64,000 bases of DNA from Thermoanaerobaculaceae bacterium (GCA_963712665.1 CAVQIV010000021.1:161922-225921); one strand, 5' to 3'. Shown: positions 38,126 through 50,732, counted from the first letter of the stretch. Program-made: numbers and translations. Notes: generated by a model not told the origin, from the sequence alone.

Positions 38126-40327
38126 CTAGAACCGGATCTTCATGAACGCCTTGAGGCGGTTCTGGGTGAAGTCCCGCTTGATGAGGCTGTTCCAGCCGCC
38201 GAAACGGCCGCGGAAGCCCGGCGAGCCCACGGGCACGCCGAAGTCGCGGGAGATCTGGTCGTCGGCGAACTGGGTCACGAAGCCGCCGCCGAAGTTGGGA
38301 TCGAAGGTGCCGAAGTTGTGCTCGTAGTTGAGCCCGAACTCGGCGCCGCCCAGCGTGTACTTGGCCGCCAGCATGACCTTGTTCTTCTTGCTCTTGCCCG
38401 ACGCCATGCTGTGGAGCTGGTAGGCCTGGAACGCCGTGTTGCCGTCCTTCAGGTCCACGTCGTAATACTCATAAGTCAGCGACGTGTAGAGGTCCCCCGT
38501 GAACTGGTAGCCGGCGCCGATCTGATACATCTTGTAGTTCATGTCGCGGTCGTCGTCGGACAGGCTGTCGAACGGCTTCCACTGGTAACCGGTGACGCCA
38601 TTGACGACGATCACCGGCGGGTTGCCGTAGATCGAGGCGGTGGAGAAGCCGTTGTTGTAATTGTTGACGTTGTTGTGGCACGCCACACCGCCCCCCGGGC
38701 AGTCGCCGGGCTTGAAGGGGAGGAAGAGGGAGTCGTTCATCCGCTTGTCGGTCTCGTCGATGAATTTGATTTTGCCGAAGACGTCCACGCCCTTGCCGAC
38801 GTCGAGCAGGTACTTGCCCTTGAGGACGTAGAGGTCGGTCTTCTTGTCCTGGAACGGCGCGTAGGCGTTGCGGAAGGAGCCGATGCCCGCGTCGGACTCG
38901 AAGTTCGGATAGATCGTGTTGTCGATGGCCCGGCTGGTGTCGCCCCAGGCTTGCCAGTTGGTGTTGTAGTCGATGTGGCTGTACTCGCCCGAGAGGTCGA
39001 CGCCGCCGATCGTCCAGGTCGGCACGATGGTGACGCCCTTCCAGCCGATCACCGTCTCCGCCATCGGCTCCTCGAAGTCCGTGAACTCGTTGTCCACGTT
39101 GATGGTGGCCACCTGCTGGGCCGTACCCTCGAAGCCGCCATAGCCGATGCGCGTGGGGTTGCCTGGGAACACGCCGAAGGCCGAGTTGTCCGGACCAGGG
39201 AAGACGAAGGCGCCGTCGTGGCCCTCGGTCAGCAGCACGTCGGACTCGCGGCGGGCCGACAGGATGGATTCATACTGGGCGCCGAGGTTGAAATATTCGA
39301 GGTTGAACGACAGGCCGATGCCGAATGGATCGTTCAAGTCGACGTCCGCCTTGTAGGCCGGATCGCTGATCTTGCCGGCCGGCGTGGGCGAGAAGCCCGA
39401 GGTGCCGAAGCCCGTGGGCACGCCGAAGCGGGAGTCGGACTCGGCCGTCGAGTAATAGTAAAGGCCGCGGATGTCGATCATGCTCGACGGATGGATGCCG
39501 AAGCGGGCGCCGTAGACGTCGTTCTTGAAGCGGTCGGCGACCTTGCGGCCATTGTCGAAGTTGCGGTCCGTGGGATCGATCTCGAGATCGCGCGTGGCCT
39601 CGTAGACGCCCACGACGTCGAACATGGGCGACGGCGAGAGCTTGAGCTGCAGGCCGTAGGTGCCGTCTTGTCCCGTGTAGTCGCCGGTGTTGAAGTTCGG
39701 CCCCGCGAAGAGCCGCGGCAGCGAGACGCGGATCAGGTCATAGCCAAGCGTGCGGTTGAAGAGCGAGCCCTGGAACAGGATGGCCTTGGCGTTGTCGCGG
39801 TCGATGTAACGGATCTTGCCGATGGTGAAGGCATCGAACATGCCGAGGTCGGTGGAGCCGATGGTGGCGGAATCCAGCCACTTGAAGCCCGGCGTGAAAC
39901 GGGCCGTGAGACCCCGCAGCTTGATGTATTCGTTCGACCGCGGATCGAACTCGCCGCAGTCGCCGCCGATGCAGGGCGGCGGGTTGTCCTCGAAAGCCGG
40001 GTTGCGGCCACCGAAACCACCGTAGTTCGTCCACTGGTTCTGGTTGAACCGCGACTGCAGGCGCCCCTGGACCTCGACGTACTTGTTGGGCTTGGAGAAC
40101 AGGTAGAGATCGATCTCCGTGCCCTGGCCGTTGTCGCCGTAGCCCTCGCCGGGGATGGTGGTGAAGTTGTAGACGCTGCCGTCCGTGTGCTGGTTGCCCC
40201 ACAGCCACTTGGTGTAATCCTCACCGGTGATGACCATCGTCTGGCCGTCCACGGCGAACGCCGGCGCCGCGGCCAGCGCCGCCGCAACGGCCAGCAGGAC
40301 GATCGCGAACCCTCTCGAAAATCTCAT
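38126..40327 (-). CDS. Large outer-membrane beta-barrel protein (putative glucan/maltodextrin porin)
   Basis: Signal peptide MRFSRGFAIVLLAVAAALAAAPAFA. It is rich in alternating aromatic/Gly beta-strand patterns, and the C-terminal 'LKAFMKIRF' ends in Phe. Confidence 0.75.
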   Translation of the reverse strand: MRFSRGFAIVLLAVAAALAAAPAFAVDGQTMVITGEDYTKWLWGNQHTDGSVYNFTTIPGEGYGDNGQGTEIDLYLFSKPNKYVEVQGRLQSRFNQNQWTNYGGFGGRNPAFEDNPPPCIGGDCGEFDPRSNEYIKLRGLTARFTPGFKWLDSATIGSTDLGMFDAFTIGKIRYIDRDNAKAILFQGSLFNRTLGYDLIRVSLPRLFAGPNFNTGDYTGQDGTYGLQLKLSPSPMFDVVGVYEATRDLEIDPTDRNFDNGRKVADRFKNDVYGARFGIHPSSMIDIRGLYYYSTAESDSRFGVPTGFGTSGFSPTPAGKISDPAYKADVDLNDPFGIGLSFNLEYFNLGAQYESILSARRESDVLLTEGHDGAFVFPGPDNSAFGVFPGNPTRIGYGGFEGTAQQVATINVDNEFTDFEEPMAETVIGWKGVTIVPTWTIGGVDLSGEYSHIDYNTNWQAWGDTSRAIDNTIYPNFESDAGIGSFRNAYAPFQDKKTDLYVLKGKYLLDVGKGVDVFGKIKFIDETDKRMNDSLFLPFKPGDCPGGGVACHNNVNNYNNGFSTASIYGNPPVIVVNGVTGYQWKPFDSLSDDDRDMNYKMYQIGAGYQFTGDLYTSLTYEYYDVDLKDGNTAFQAYQLHSMASGKSKKNKVMLAAKYTLGGAEFGLNYEHNFGTFDPNFGGGFVTQFADDQISRDFGVPVGSPGFRGRFGGWNSLIKRDFTQNRLKAFMKIRF

Positions 40328-40363
40328 CGTAATCTCCTCTCCTCGACGCGAGGTCGGGGTTTG

Positions 40364-41185
40364 CTACTTCTTGGCGTAGACCAATTTCACGGCGCCGCCC
40401 GACTTGCGGGTGCCGTCCGGGTTGCACTCATACTTCAGCCACTGGTGCTGGAGCTCGGCCTCCTCGGGGGCGCCGGTGCCGTTGCCCGCCAGGATGTCCA
40501 TGACGTGCGGATCGCAGTCGGAGTCGGTGCCGCCGCCGAAGCGGTGCTGGCCCTCGTACTCGTTGACCTTGCGGGTCAAAAGATCCTTGCCCTCGGGGAA
40601 GCCCTCGTTCGACTGGATGGCCACCTGATAGCCCCATTGCGACGGATCGCCGCCCCCGAGCTGGTCGAGGTCGACCGAGGCGCTGAGCGTGCGGGCGGTG
40701 CCCTTGACGCGGATGGGAATGATGACCGCCGACTGCTCGCCCGAGGCCACCTTGGCCTCGACCTCGGTCTTCACCCGGCCGGGGGCTTGCGGCGAGAGGA
40801 TGACGAGCTTGTTCCACTCGTTGCCGTCCTGGAACGCGAGGTTGACGCCCGGCGGGCTATCCTTGAAGCCGCCCTCGGCGCCCGTCTTGACGAAGATGAA
40901 CACCTCCTGCACGGAGAAGCCGACGCCCATGCGCCACGGATCCTCCAGGGTGGTGTTGAAGGTGACGGCGAATTCCACTTTCTTGCCGCTCACCTTGACG
41001 TCGAAGCCCGTCATGTCGAACGAGCCCCGCTTGTAGACGCCGTCGGTCGGGTAGGTGTAGTTGCCCGGCCCGTTGTCGTCGCCTACGGGGTCTTTGAAGG
41101 AGACGCCGCTCTGCGCGAGCGCGGCCCCTGCGAGCAGCAGGCCGGCCACGACCGCCACTCCCACTTTCCAGTTTTTCTTGAGCAT
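40364..41185 (-). CDS. Secreted Glucodextran_C-like protein (paralogue of 37142-38068)
   Basis: ATG at 41185 (MLKKNWKVGVAVVAGLLLAGAALAQ), 9 nt after AGGAGG. Contains 'DPVGDDNGPGNYTYPT'. Confidence 0.65.
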   Translation of the reverse strand: MLKKNWKVGVAVVAGLLLAGAALAQSGVSFKDPVGDDNGPGNYTYPTDGVYKRGSFDMTGFDVKVSGKKVEFAVTFNTTLEDPWRMGVGFSVQEVFIFVKTGAEGGFKDSPPGVNLAFQDGNEWNKLVILSPQAPGRVKTEVEAKVASGEQSAVIIPIRVKGTARTLSASVDLDQLGGGDPSQWGYQVAIQSNEGFPEGKDLLTRKVNEYEGQHRFGGGTDSDCDPHVMDILAGNGTGAPEEAELQHQWLKYECNPDGTRKSGGAVKLVYAKK

Positions 41186-41222
41186 GAGATTCAACCTCCT
41201 TCTCTCTGATTGAGGATGGGCG

Positions 41223-42116
41223 TCAACCCTTGACTGAGCCAGCCGTGAGACCGGAAACGAGATATTTCTGCAGGAACAGGAAGAGCGCCATGACAGGGAT
41301 GGCGGCGATGATCGAGCCCGCCGCGAAATATCCCCATTGGTTCGCCTGATAGCCGCCCACGAAGAAACGCAGGCCCACCGGCGCGGTGTACATATCCAGC
41401 CGGTTCATGAAGGTGGCGGCCTGGACGAACTCATTCCATCCCGTCATGAACGAGAAGAGCGCCGTCACCGCCACGGCAGGCTTGGCGAGCGGCAGCACGA
41501 TGCGGAAGAAGATCGTGGCCTGCGACGCGCCGTCGATCAGCGCCGACTCCTCGAGCTCCTTGGGAATGGTGTCGAAATACCCCTTCATCATCCAGACGCA
41601 GAAGGGGATGGCCGTCACCGTGTAGACCAGGATCACGCCGACGAACGTCGAGCCCAGGCCCAGCAACTGGACGATGATGATGTAGAGGGGGATGAGCATC
41701 AGCGTGCCCGGGAACATCTGCGACACGAGGAACGACATCAGCCCCGCCCGCCGGCCAGGGAAGCGGAAGCGGGAGAAGGCGTAGGCCGCGGTGCAGGCCA
41801 GGAACACGCCCAGGATCGTCGTCATCCCCGCCACGATGGCGCTGTTGAGCAGCCAGCGGGCGAACGGCTGAGCGGTAAAAAGCGAGCGGAAGTTTTCGAA
41901 CGAGATCTGCTTCGGCCACGGCACGATGGCCCGGAGGCGGTCGAGCGCCGTGGGATTGGGCGGGATGTCGACGATCGACAGGCTCTGGCCGCCGGAGAAC
42001 GCGATGGTCAACACCCAGAGGATGGGATAGACGGTGACGATCACCATGAAGATGACGAACAGGTGGAGCGGCCAGTGGGCCGGTTCATCCCCGTTGCGAT
42101 TGCGTCGGGATCTCAT
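41223..42116 (-). CDS. Carbohydrate ABC transporter permease (MalG-type)
   Basis: Starts at MRSRRNRNG. EAA loop 'ELEESALIDGASQATIFFRIVLPLAKP'. Its ATG overlaps the stop of the upstream permease (ATGA). Confidence 0.9.
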   Translation of the reverse strand: MRSRRNRNGDEPAHWPLHLFVIFMVIVTVYPILWVLTIAFSGGQSLSIVDIPPNPTALDRLRAIVPWPKQISFENFRSLFTAQPFARWLLNSAIVAGMTTILGVFLACTAAYAFSRFRFPGRRAGLMSFLVSQMFPGTLMLIPLYIIIVQLLGLGSTFVGVILVYTVTAIPFCVWMMKGYFDTIPKELEESALIDGASQATIFFRIVLPLAKPAVAVTALFSFMTGWNEFVQAATFMNRLDMYTAPVGLRFFVGGYQANQWGYFAAGSIIAAIPVMALFLFLQKYLVSGLTAGSVKG

Positions 42117-44155
42117 CCGATGGCCTCCGTGGCTCCCGTCACCCGGTTCTGCCAGGTGCCGTAGGCGAACAGGATCAGGAAGATGATCGTCGAGTAGGCG
42201 GCGGCGTAGCCGTACCGGTACTGCTCGAACGCCATCTTGTACGCCTGGGTGATGAGGATCTCCGTGGCGTGCCCCGGCTCGCCCGCCGACACCAGATAGA
42301 TCACGTTGAACTGGTTGAACGTCCAGATCACCGACAGGATGACGGCCGGCACCAGCGCGGGCTTGAGCGACGGCAGGGTGATGGATTTGAACTGCTGCCA
42401 GCGCGAGGCGCCGTCCACCCGCGCCGCTTCGTAGAGATCGGACGGGATCGACTGCAAAGCCCCCAGCGAGATCACCATCATGAACGGGAAGGAGAGCCAG
42501 CCGTTGGTGGTGAGCACCGCGAGGAACGAGGTCAAGGGTTTGCCGAACCACGCCACGGCCGGACCGCCGAAGAGCTGGATGATCTGATTGACGACCCCGA
42601 ACTGCTGCTGGAACATGCCCTTGAAGATGAGCGCCGTGATGTAGTTCGGCGTCGCCCACGGCAGGATCAGCAGCACCCGGTAGAGCGGCTTCAGGGCGAA
42701 GCCCTTCAAGTTCAGGATCAGCGCCAGGATCAACCCGAGCGTGACGCCGATGACCACGTTCGACACCGTCCAGACGATGGTGAAGAACAGGGTGTAGTAG
42801 AAGTTCTGATAGTTCCAGACGAGACCGTTGGGCGTGTGCTGGAAAACGTGGTAATCGCTCAGGATGTCCACGTAGTTCTGGAGGCCCACCCAGGTCTCGG
42901 AAAATGGCTTGCCGGTGTTGTAGATGTTGTTGTTGGTCAACGACAGGGCAATGCCGTAGAAGAAGGGGAAGAAGACCAGGACCAGCATGCCGATGAGCGC
43001 CGGCAGCGTGTAGGCATAGGCCACCCGGTAATCCACCAGGGCGCGGCGGGTGCGGTAGGCGAAGCCATAGCCCACGAAGGCCAGCAGGGCGAGCCCCAGG
43101 ATGGCGAGGGTGATCAGGGTGCTGTGGAGCCGCCCGGCGTCGGCCGCGCGCAGGTCCGGCAGATCGTTCTTGAGCGGCTGGCGGAATTCGTCCACGTCCC
43201 AGCGCGCGGGAGCGAGAGGCGGACCTTGGATCCCGAGCTCGGAGATCAGTCCCCGGGCCTTCGTCTCCTCCGCGGAAACGTGAGCGGTCACGGCCTCGGC
43301 CGAGGTCTGCCGCTCCCGGCTGAGCACGTTGAGCGAGGAGTGGCCGTAGGCCGCGAGGCCCACCAGCAGGGCGAGCGTTGCCGCGGTGGCGAGCAGCCAG
43401 CGGCGCTCGCCCAGGACCAGGGAGAGAAGGAAGAAAATCACGACCGGCACCAGCCAGGCGGCGAGGAACGGCAGCCAGGAGAAGCTCACCGTCTCCTTCG
43501 GGACGGCGGTGTCCATCTCGACCATCCCCACCACCTCGCCTCCCCGCTCCACGGGAGAAGCCAGCGACAGGGTGCCATCCTCGTTGCGCGCCACGGAGAT
43601 CTCGGCCTGGCGGGCCGCGCCCTCGGCTCCCTCGCGATTGTTCTGGACGGCGGCCCGCAGCCGCTGGCCGAGGTCGTAGACGTCCTTCTCCTCCCGCTCG
43701 AGCCGCCGGGGAGCGGCCTTCGCCCCGGTGTCCTTGGGCGAGGTGGAGGCGGTGAGCTGGATCCCTTCGAAATCGATGACACGGATGGCCTTGACCTCGG
43801 GGTGACCGGCGGCAAAGCGGGCCACGGCGCGGCGCACGGCCTCGCCCGAATCCGCAGCGGGCTTCGCTTCCCCCTGCTGCTCGACGGCGGCGATCTCGGC
43901 GCCGAGCCCCATGCCACCACTGTCTGCAGGAGGAGCCGAGGCGGCCGGAGCCGCCGCGCCGCTACCCGCCCGATCCACCAGGTCCGTGAGGGCCGAGAGA
44001 GTGACCACGGCCTTACGCTGAGCCCGATTCCCGCTCTCGGCCGTCTGCGCCCCGTGGAGGAGCAGGGCCGCGATCCCCACTCCCAGCAGGGCGGCCACGG
44101 CCAGGCCGGTGAGGAACCGGCGGCGGTGCGACACGGGGCGGGTCGGATCGATCAT
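42113..44155 (-). CDS. Carbohydrate ABC transporter permease (MalF-type) with a ~370-aa N-terminal extension
   Basis: The C-terminal half has 'DLYEAARVDGASRWQQFKSITLPSLKP'. The N-terminal half has one TM helix plus a soluble Ala/Glu-rich domain. Confidence 0.85.
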   Translation of the reverse strand: MIDPTRPVSHRRRFLTGLAVAALLGVGIAALLLHGAQTAESGNRAQRKAVVTLSALTDLVDRAGSGAAAPAASAPPADSGGMGLGAEIAAVEQQGEAKPAADSGEAVRRAVARFAAGHPEVKAIRVIDFEGIQLTASTSPKDTGAKAAPRRLEREEKDVYDLGQRLRAAVQNNREGAEGAARQAEISVARNEDGTLSLASPVERGGEVVGMVEMDTAVPKETVSFSWLPFLAAWLVPVVIFFLLSLVLGERRWLLATAATLALLVGLAAYGHSSLNVLSRERQTSAEAVTAHVSAEETKARGLISELGIQGPPLAPARWDVDEFRQPLKNDLPDLRAADAGRLHSTLITLAILGLALLAFVGYGFAYRTRRALVDYRVAYAYTLPALIGMLVLVFFPFFYGIALSLTNNNIYNTGKPFSETWVGLQNYVDILSDYHVFQHTPNGLVWNYQNFYYTLFFTIVWTVSNVVIGVTLGLILALILNLKGFALKPLYRVLLILPWATPNYITALIFKGMFQQQFGVVNQIIQLFGGPAVAWFGKPLTSFLAVLTTNGWLSFPFMMVISLGALQSIPSDLYEAARVDGASRWQQFKSITLPSLKPALVPAVILSVIWTFNQFNVIYLVSAGEPGHATEILITQAYKMAFEQYRYGYAAAYSTIIFLILFAYGTWQNRVTGATEAIG

Positions 44156-44159
44156 GACG

Positions 44160-45374
44160 CTATTTCTTCAACAGGCTGTTGATGCGCTCGACTACCTCTT
44201 TCTGCGCCTGGTCCATGGCCGCCTTGGGTGTGGCCGCCTTCTTGACGATGACGTTCATGGCCGTGGTCGCGGGCGACCAGGTCATCGACATCTCGGGCAG
44301 GTTGGGCATGGGCACGGCCACGTCCACCTGCTGGCGGAAGGCCTTGAGGATGGGGTCGGCCGCCACCTGCGGATCGGCGTAGACCCCCTTGTTGGCCGGC
44401 GTCTGCCGTCCCTGGAGGGCCATCACCTTGCCCGCCGGCACGTCGGTCAGGTACTTGGCGAGCTCGAACGCCGCGTCCTTGTTCTTCGACGGCGCCGCCA
44501 CGTAGACCCCCTCGACCGTGATCCACGGCCGGATGGGCTTGTTGCCCGCCTCGGAGATGGTGGGCAGCGGCGCCAGGCCGTAGTCCACCCCCTTGGCGAT
44601 CTCGCCCAGGAACCACGGGCCGGAGAACACCATGGCCGCCTTGCCGTCGTTGAACAGCGAGGTGATGAGGGACACCGAAGGCTCACCCGGCAGGAAGCCC
44701 ATGTCGATCCACTTCAACAGGTATTGCAACGAGGCGATGTTCTGGGGCGAGTTGAGGGTCGGCTTGCGATTGGGACCGAAGACGCCGCCGCCGAAGCCGT
44801 TCATCAGCGCCGCGTGGTAGTAGAAGTCCGAATAAGCGTAGGCGAGGCCGAACTTGCCGGCCGGGGCGTTGGTGAGCTTCTTCGCCACGGTCTCGAGCTC
44901 GGCCGTGGTCTTGGGCGGCGTGGGCAGCAGCTTCTTGTTGTAGATGAGGGTGATGACCTTGAAGTCGAGAGGCAGGCCGTAGGTCGTGCCCTGGTAGGTC
45001 ATGGCGTCCAGGGTGGCCTTGAGATAGCGCCCCTTGGTCGCGGGATCGAGGAAGAAGTCGAGCGGCTCGACCGTGTTGCCCGCCGCGATCCAGCCCCCCA
45101 GGCGGTCCTGAGCGTAGATGAAGACGTCCGGCCCCTTGCCGCGCGGCACCGCGGCCGTGATCTTGTCGGCCAGGGCGTCGAAGGGCACGGCGAGCGAGGA
45201 GACGTGGACCTTGCCCGCGTTGGCTTTGTTGAAGCTCTCGATGACCTGTTCGAACGCCTCCTTCTCACCGCCCCGGTAGCTGTGCCAGACCACGACCTCC
45301 TTGGCCTGGGCCAAGGCGATGACGGGAAAGGCAAGGAGCAGGGCGAGCGCGCCCAGGATACGAGTGGATTTCAT
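44160..45374 (-). CDS. Extracellular solute-binding protein (MalE-type, maltodextrin-like)
   Basis: ATG at 45374 (MKSTRILGALALLLAFPVIALAQ), 7 nt after AGGAGG. Contains 'VVWHSYRGGEKEAFEQVIESFNK'. Confidence 0.9.
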   Translation of the reverse strand: MKSTRILGALALLLAFPVIALAQAKEVVVWHSYRGGEKEAFEQVIESFNKANAGKVHVSSLAVPFDALADKITAAVPRGKGPDVFIYAQDRLGGWIAAGNTVEPLDFFLDPATKGRYLKATLDAMTYQGTTYGLPLDFKVITLIYNKKLLPTPPKTTAELETVAKKLTNAPAGKFGLAYAYSDFYYHAALMNGFGGGVFGPNRKPTLNSPQNIASLQYLLKWIDMGFLPGEPSVSLITSLFNDGKAAMVFSGPWFLGEIAKGVDYGLAPLPTISEAGNKPIRPWITVEGVYVAAPSKNKDAAFELAKYLTDVPAGKVMALQGRQTPANKGVYADPQVAADPILKAFRQQVDVAVPMPNLPEMSMTWSPATTAMNVIVKKAATPKAAMDQAQKEVVERINSLLKK

Positions 45375-45401
45375 GCTGGACCTCCTGTCGATCTGGTTCA
45401 A

Positions 45402-46500
45402 TCAGCTCCCGAGCCGCTTTTCAGTCGTGGCGTCGAAGAGGTGCGCCGCCTCCACCTCGATCACCAGTTGGATCTGCTGGCCCATCTCCGGCGCCTTGTG
45501 CGGCTCGACCTTGGCCACCAGCAGGTCGTCGCCCACCTTGCCGTGCACGATCACCTCGTGCCCCAGGGGCTCGACGAACTCCACTTTGACCGTGATGGGC
45601 ACCGTACGGTCTCCCGGCATCCCGGGGCGCTTCGCGGACGTTCTCCGGCCGGATGCCGAGCACCACCTTCTGCCCCTTGCGCTCGCGCCGCGGCGTCGCG
45701 GAAAGCCTGGGGGACCGGGATCGTAAATCCCGAGGCCGCCACCGACGCGCCGTCTGCTCCAATCGTGGCGGGAATGAAGTTCATGGGCGGCGTGCCGATG
45801 AAGCTGGCGACGAAGAGATTCGACGGGCCGGTCGTAGACTTCGAGCGGCGTGCCCGACCTGCTGCAGCTCGCCGGTCTTCATCACCGCGATGCGGTCGCC
45901 CATGGTCATGGCTTCGATCTGGTCGTGGGTGACGTAGACGGTGGTGGTCTGGAGCGTCTTCTGGAGCTTCGAGATCTCGGCCCGCGTCTGCACGCGCAGC
46001 TTGGCGTCGAGGTTCGACAGCGGCTCGTCGAAGAGGAACACGGCGGGCTTGCGCACGATGGCGCGGCCGAGGGCCACGCGCTGGCGCTGGCCGCCGGAGA
46101 GCTGCTTGGGCTTGCGATCCATGAATTCGGTGATGCCGAGGATCTGCGCCGCCTCGTTCACCCGGCGGTTCATCTCCTCGCGCGGGGTCTTTCTGATCTT
46201 GAGGCCGAACTCCATGTTCTCCCGCACCGTCATGTGGGGATAGAGCGCGTAGCTCTGGAAGACCATGGCGATGTCGCGGTCCTTGGGCGGCACGTCGTTG
46301 ACCACCCGGCCGCCGATCGAGATGGTGCCGCCCGAGATCTCCTCGAGCCCGGCGATCATGCGCAGGGCGGTCGATTTGCCGCAGCCGGACGGTCCCACCA
46401 GGACCATGAACTCATGGTCCCGGATATCGAGGTCGAAGTGGGGGATGACCGTGACCGGCCCATAGACCTTCCTGATCCCTTTGAGCGTCACCTCAGCCAT
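45402..46500 (-). pseudogene. MalK/MsmX-type sugar ABC ATPase; the C-terminal regulatory domain is split over four frame changes
   Basis: The intact N-terminal part reads [14 protein letters not shown]...GPSGCGKST...[14 protein letters not shown]...[12 protein letters not shown]...[15 protein letters not shown]. The remaining pieces [10 protein letters not shown] / [24 protein letters not shown]...ARAQG / QKVVLGIRPENVREAPRDAG / DRTVPITVKVEFVEPLGHEVIVHGKV...HLFDATTEKRLGS* lie in different frames. Confidence 0.8.
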
Positions 46501-46568
46501 GTTGGCCTCTTCCTCCGCGTACTGTATCGGACCCGCGCCATCCCAGCCCCGCCCTCCGGGGTAGTTCC

Positions 46569-48152
46569 CTAAGGGGCCCGTTCGACGGCGAAGATCCGGG
46601 CACTCCGGGGCGCGACCGGGGCCTCGATCCGTCCGCCCGTGGGGCCGCCCGTGCGAGGGACGGCCTCGCCCTTCCACAGGTCGCGCACCGGAGCGCTCCC
46701 CCAGGCCGCGGGAGCGTCGAAGCTCGCCGTCGCCGGCATCGCGCCCCGGTTGATCGCCACCACCACGGCGTCCCCGCTCGCCGCGTCGCTCTGGAGGAAG
46801 ACCAGCAGGTCTCCATCCGTGGCGAGGCCCGTGTGGACCCCGCGTGCGAAAGCCGGATGGGCGCGGCGGATGGCGATCAGCTTCTTGTAATCCGCCCGCA
46901 GCGCCTCGTCCCGCGGCTTGCCCGCTCCGGGGAGGATCCGGCGATTCCCCCAGGGCATGTCGCTGCGGTTGTCCGGCCAGTCCCCGCCCGGCCTTCCCAC
47001 CTCTTCGCCGTAATAGATCATTGGAATGCCGCCCGCCGTCAGCTCGAGCAGCGCCGCCAGACGGAACAGCTCCTTGTCGCCGTTCAGCAACGAAAGGGCT
47101 CCCTGGACGTCATGCGAGGAGAGATAGGGAGAGAGGAGATGACCGGCGCGCACCTTCTCGCGCGACTTCAGATACCGGTCGAAGGCGATCGTCCGCCCGC
47201 GCCCCCCTACCCAGCCGAGGACGCTGCCCTGGAACGAGAAATCGAATCCCGCGTCCATCTCATCGGGAGCGAACCACGGATCGAGCGACTGGGCGTCGCC
47301 CCCCCAGACCTCGCCGATCAGGAAGAAGTCCTGCCCCAGTTGCTCGCGGGTCTGCCGCCGGTGCTCCTGCCAGAACGGGTGGTCCACGTGCTTGACCGTG
47401 TCCAGCCGGAAGCCGTCGACCCCTACCCGCTTGGCGAGGCCGAGGTGGGCCTTCAACAGGTAATCGTCCACCTCCGGCAGCTCGGTCTTGAAGTCGGGGA
47501 GCCCCGAGACGCAGAGCGTCAGGTCGTCGTGGCCGCAGGCGCCCTGCGAATCGATGCGGAACCAGCCCCGGGTCCTGGGGTCCTTGAGCAGGTTCGAGTC
47601 ATAGCCCGCATGGTTGTAGACCACGTCGAGCAGCACCTTGATCCCCCGAGCATGGGCGTCGTCCACTAGGGCCTTGAGCTCCGCCTCGCTGCCGAAGCGG
47701 GGATCGAGGCGATAGAAGTCGTCCCCCCAGTAGCCGTGATATCCCCAGTCCGGAAAGCCGGCGCCGGTGACGAAGCCGTCGATCTGCTTCACCACCGGGG
47801 TGATCCAGATCGCCGTGGCCCCCAGGTCCGCGATCTCGTCGAGCTGCTGGCGCAGACCCGCGAGGTCGCCGCCATGGAAGGTCCCCTTGGCGTTGCGATC
47901 GACCCCCTGATCGTTGTTGGGATCGCCGTCCGCGAAACGGTCGGTGATGACGAAATAGAGGATGGCGTCGCGCCAGCTCTCCTGGGGCACGACCGTCTTG
48001 ATGGCCGGGGCCAGCTCCGCGGCGGTGGCAGTCGGAGGGGGTGGCGGCGAAGAGGTGGTCGGGCGCGTCGTGCCGGCGCAACCCGCCAGAGCCAGAGCTG
48101 ACGCCAGGAGCGCGGGCCTCAACGGGAAGCGGTCAAACAGGGATGATCGCAA
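46569..48152 (-). CDS. GH13 alpha-amylase-family lipoprotein
   Basis: TTG start at 48152 after GGGAGGGAGG: (M)[26 protein letters not shown] (lipobox). Contains '[15 protein letters not shown]', '[14 protein letters not shown]', '[13 protein letters not shown]', 'LIGEVWG' and 'YLSSHD'. Confidence 0.85.
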   Translation of the reverse strand: MRSSLFDRFPLRPALLASALALAGCAGTTRPTTSSPPPPPTATAAELAPAIKTVVPQESWRDAILYFVITDRFADGDPNNDQGVDRNAKGTFHGGDLAGLRQQLDEIADLGATAIWITPVVKQIDGFVTGAGFPDWGYHGYWGDDFYRLDPRFGSEAELKALVDDAHARGIKVLLDVVYNHAGYDSNLLKDPRTRGWFRIDSQGACGHDDLTLCVSGLPDFKTELPEVDDYLLKAHLGLAKRVGVDGFRLDTVKHVDHPFWQEHRRQTREQLGQDFFLIGEVWGGDAQSLDPWFAPDEMDAGFDFSFQGSVLGWVGGRGRTIAFDRYLKSREKVRAGHLLSPYLSSHDVQGALSLLNGDKELFRLAALLELTAGGIPMIYYGEEVGRPGGDWPDNRSDMPWGNRRILPGAGKPRDEALRADYKKLIAIRRAHPAFARGVHTGLATDGDLLVFLQSDAASGDAVVVAINRGAMPATASFDAPAAWGSAPVRDLWKGEAVPRTGGPTGGRIEAPVAPRSARIFAVERAP

Positions 48153-48184
48153 CGAAGCCTCCCTCCCCAGGCGCAGACAGCCTG

Positions 48185-48199
48185 GATCCTGCCAGGATC
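48185..48199. promoter_or_regulatory. Perfect 7+1+7 palindrome GATCCTG-C-CAGGATC upstream of the GH13 lipoprotein gene
   Basis: Read directly from the sequence. It starts 33 nt upstream of the TTG start, within a 367-nt divergent intergenic region. Confidence 0.25.
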
Positions 48200-48519
48200 G
48201 CGCCGATTCTAGGAAGCGCGTTACAACGGTGTCAATGCCGGATGACGCCCTGCGGCAACGCCCTTTTGCCGGGTGTCCACCGTTTTTTGCCGCTCGGCGG
48301 GTAGAAGACCTGGACAGGCCCCTGTAGCTCCAATCTGGAGGAATTTTGATGCCTCTGAAGTGACGGGAGCGCCGGAATTTGGGGACAGCCTGGAGATGTA
48401 AACGCTTACTGCGGCCGGTCCCACCCAATCTGCCCCCTGGCACAGAACATGGTAGGGTTCCGAATGGACCCTCGGGAAGCCGCGGCTCCCCGCCGCGAGG
48501 GTCGGAAGGAGATCGAACA

Positions 48520-50561
<2,042 letters not shown>

Positions 50562-50568
50562 AAAGATG

Positions 50569-50732
50569 GACCCTCACTCTCCCAACCCTCTCTCTCCCAG
50601 CCTCCCCCCCGTCCGCCGGGAGAGAGAGGGCTTAAAGAGGTTTGTTTCCTGCTTTTTCCTCAGACAAACTTCTCCCTCTTCTCCCGGCGGACGGGGGGGA
50701 GGCTGGGAGAAGAGGGCCGGGGTGATGAGGGC
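50569..50732. repeat. Long extragenic palindromic element, copy B
   Basis: The arms 'gaccctcactctcccaaccctctctctcccagcctcccccccgtccgccgggagagagaggg' and '...ctcccggcggacgggggggaggctgggagaagagggccggggtgatgagggct' are inverted copies of each other. The element is homologous to copy A at 26762-26942. Confidence 0.8.

Noticed and set aside
33470-41209. 2579-aa ORF on the plus strand
   Set aside because: It overlaps, in a different frame, the real amylase gene on the same strand (33552-35213). It is antisense to five well-supported minus-strand genes. Its composition is typical of GC-rich noncoding frames.
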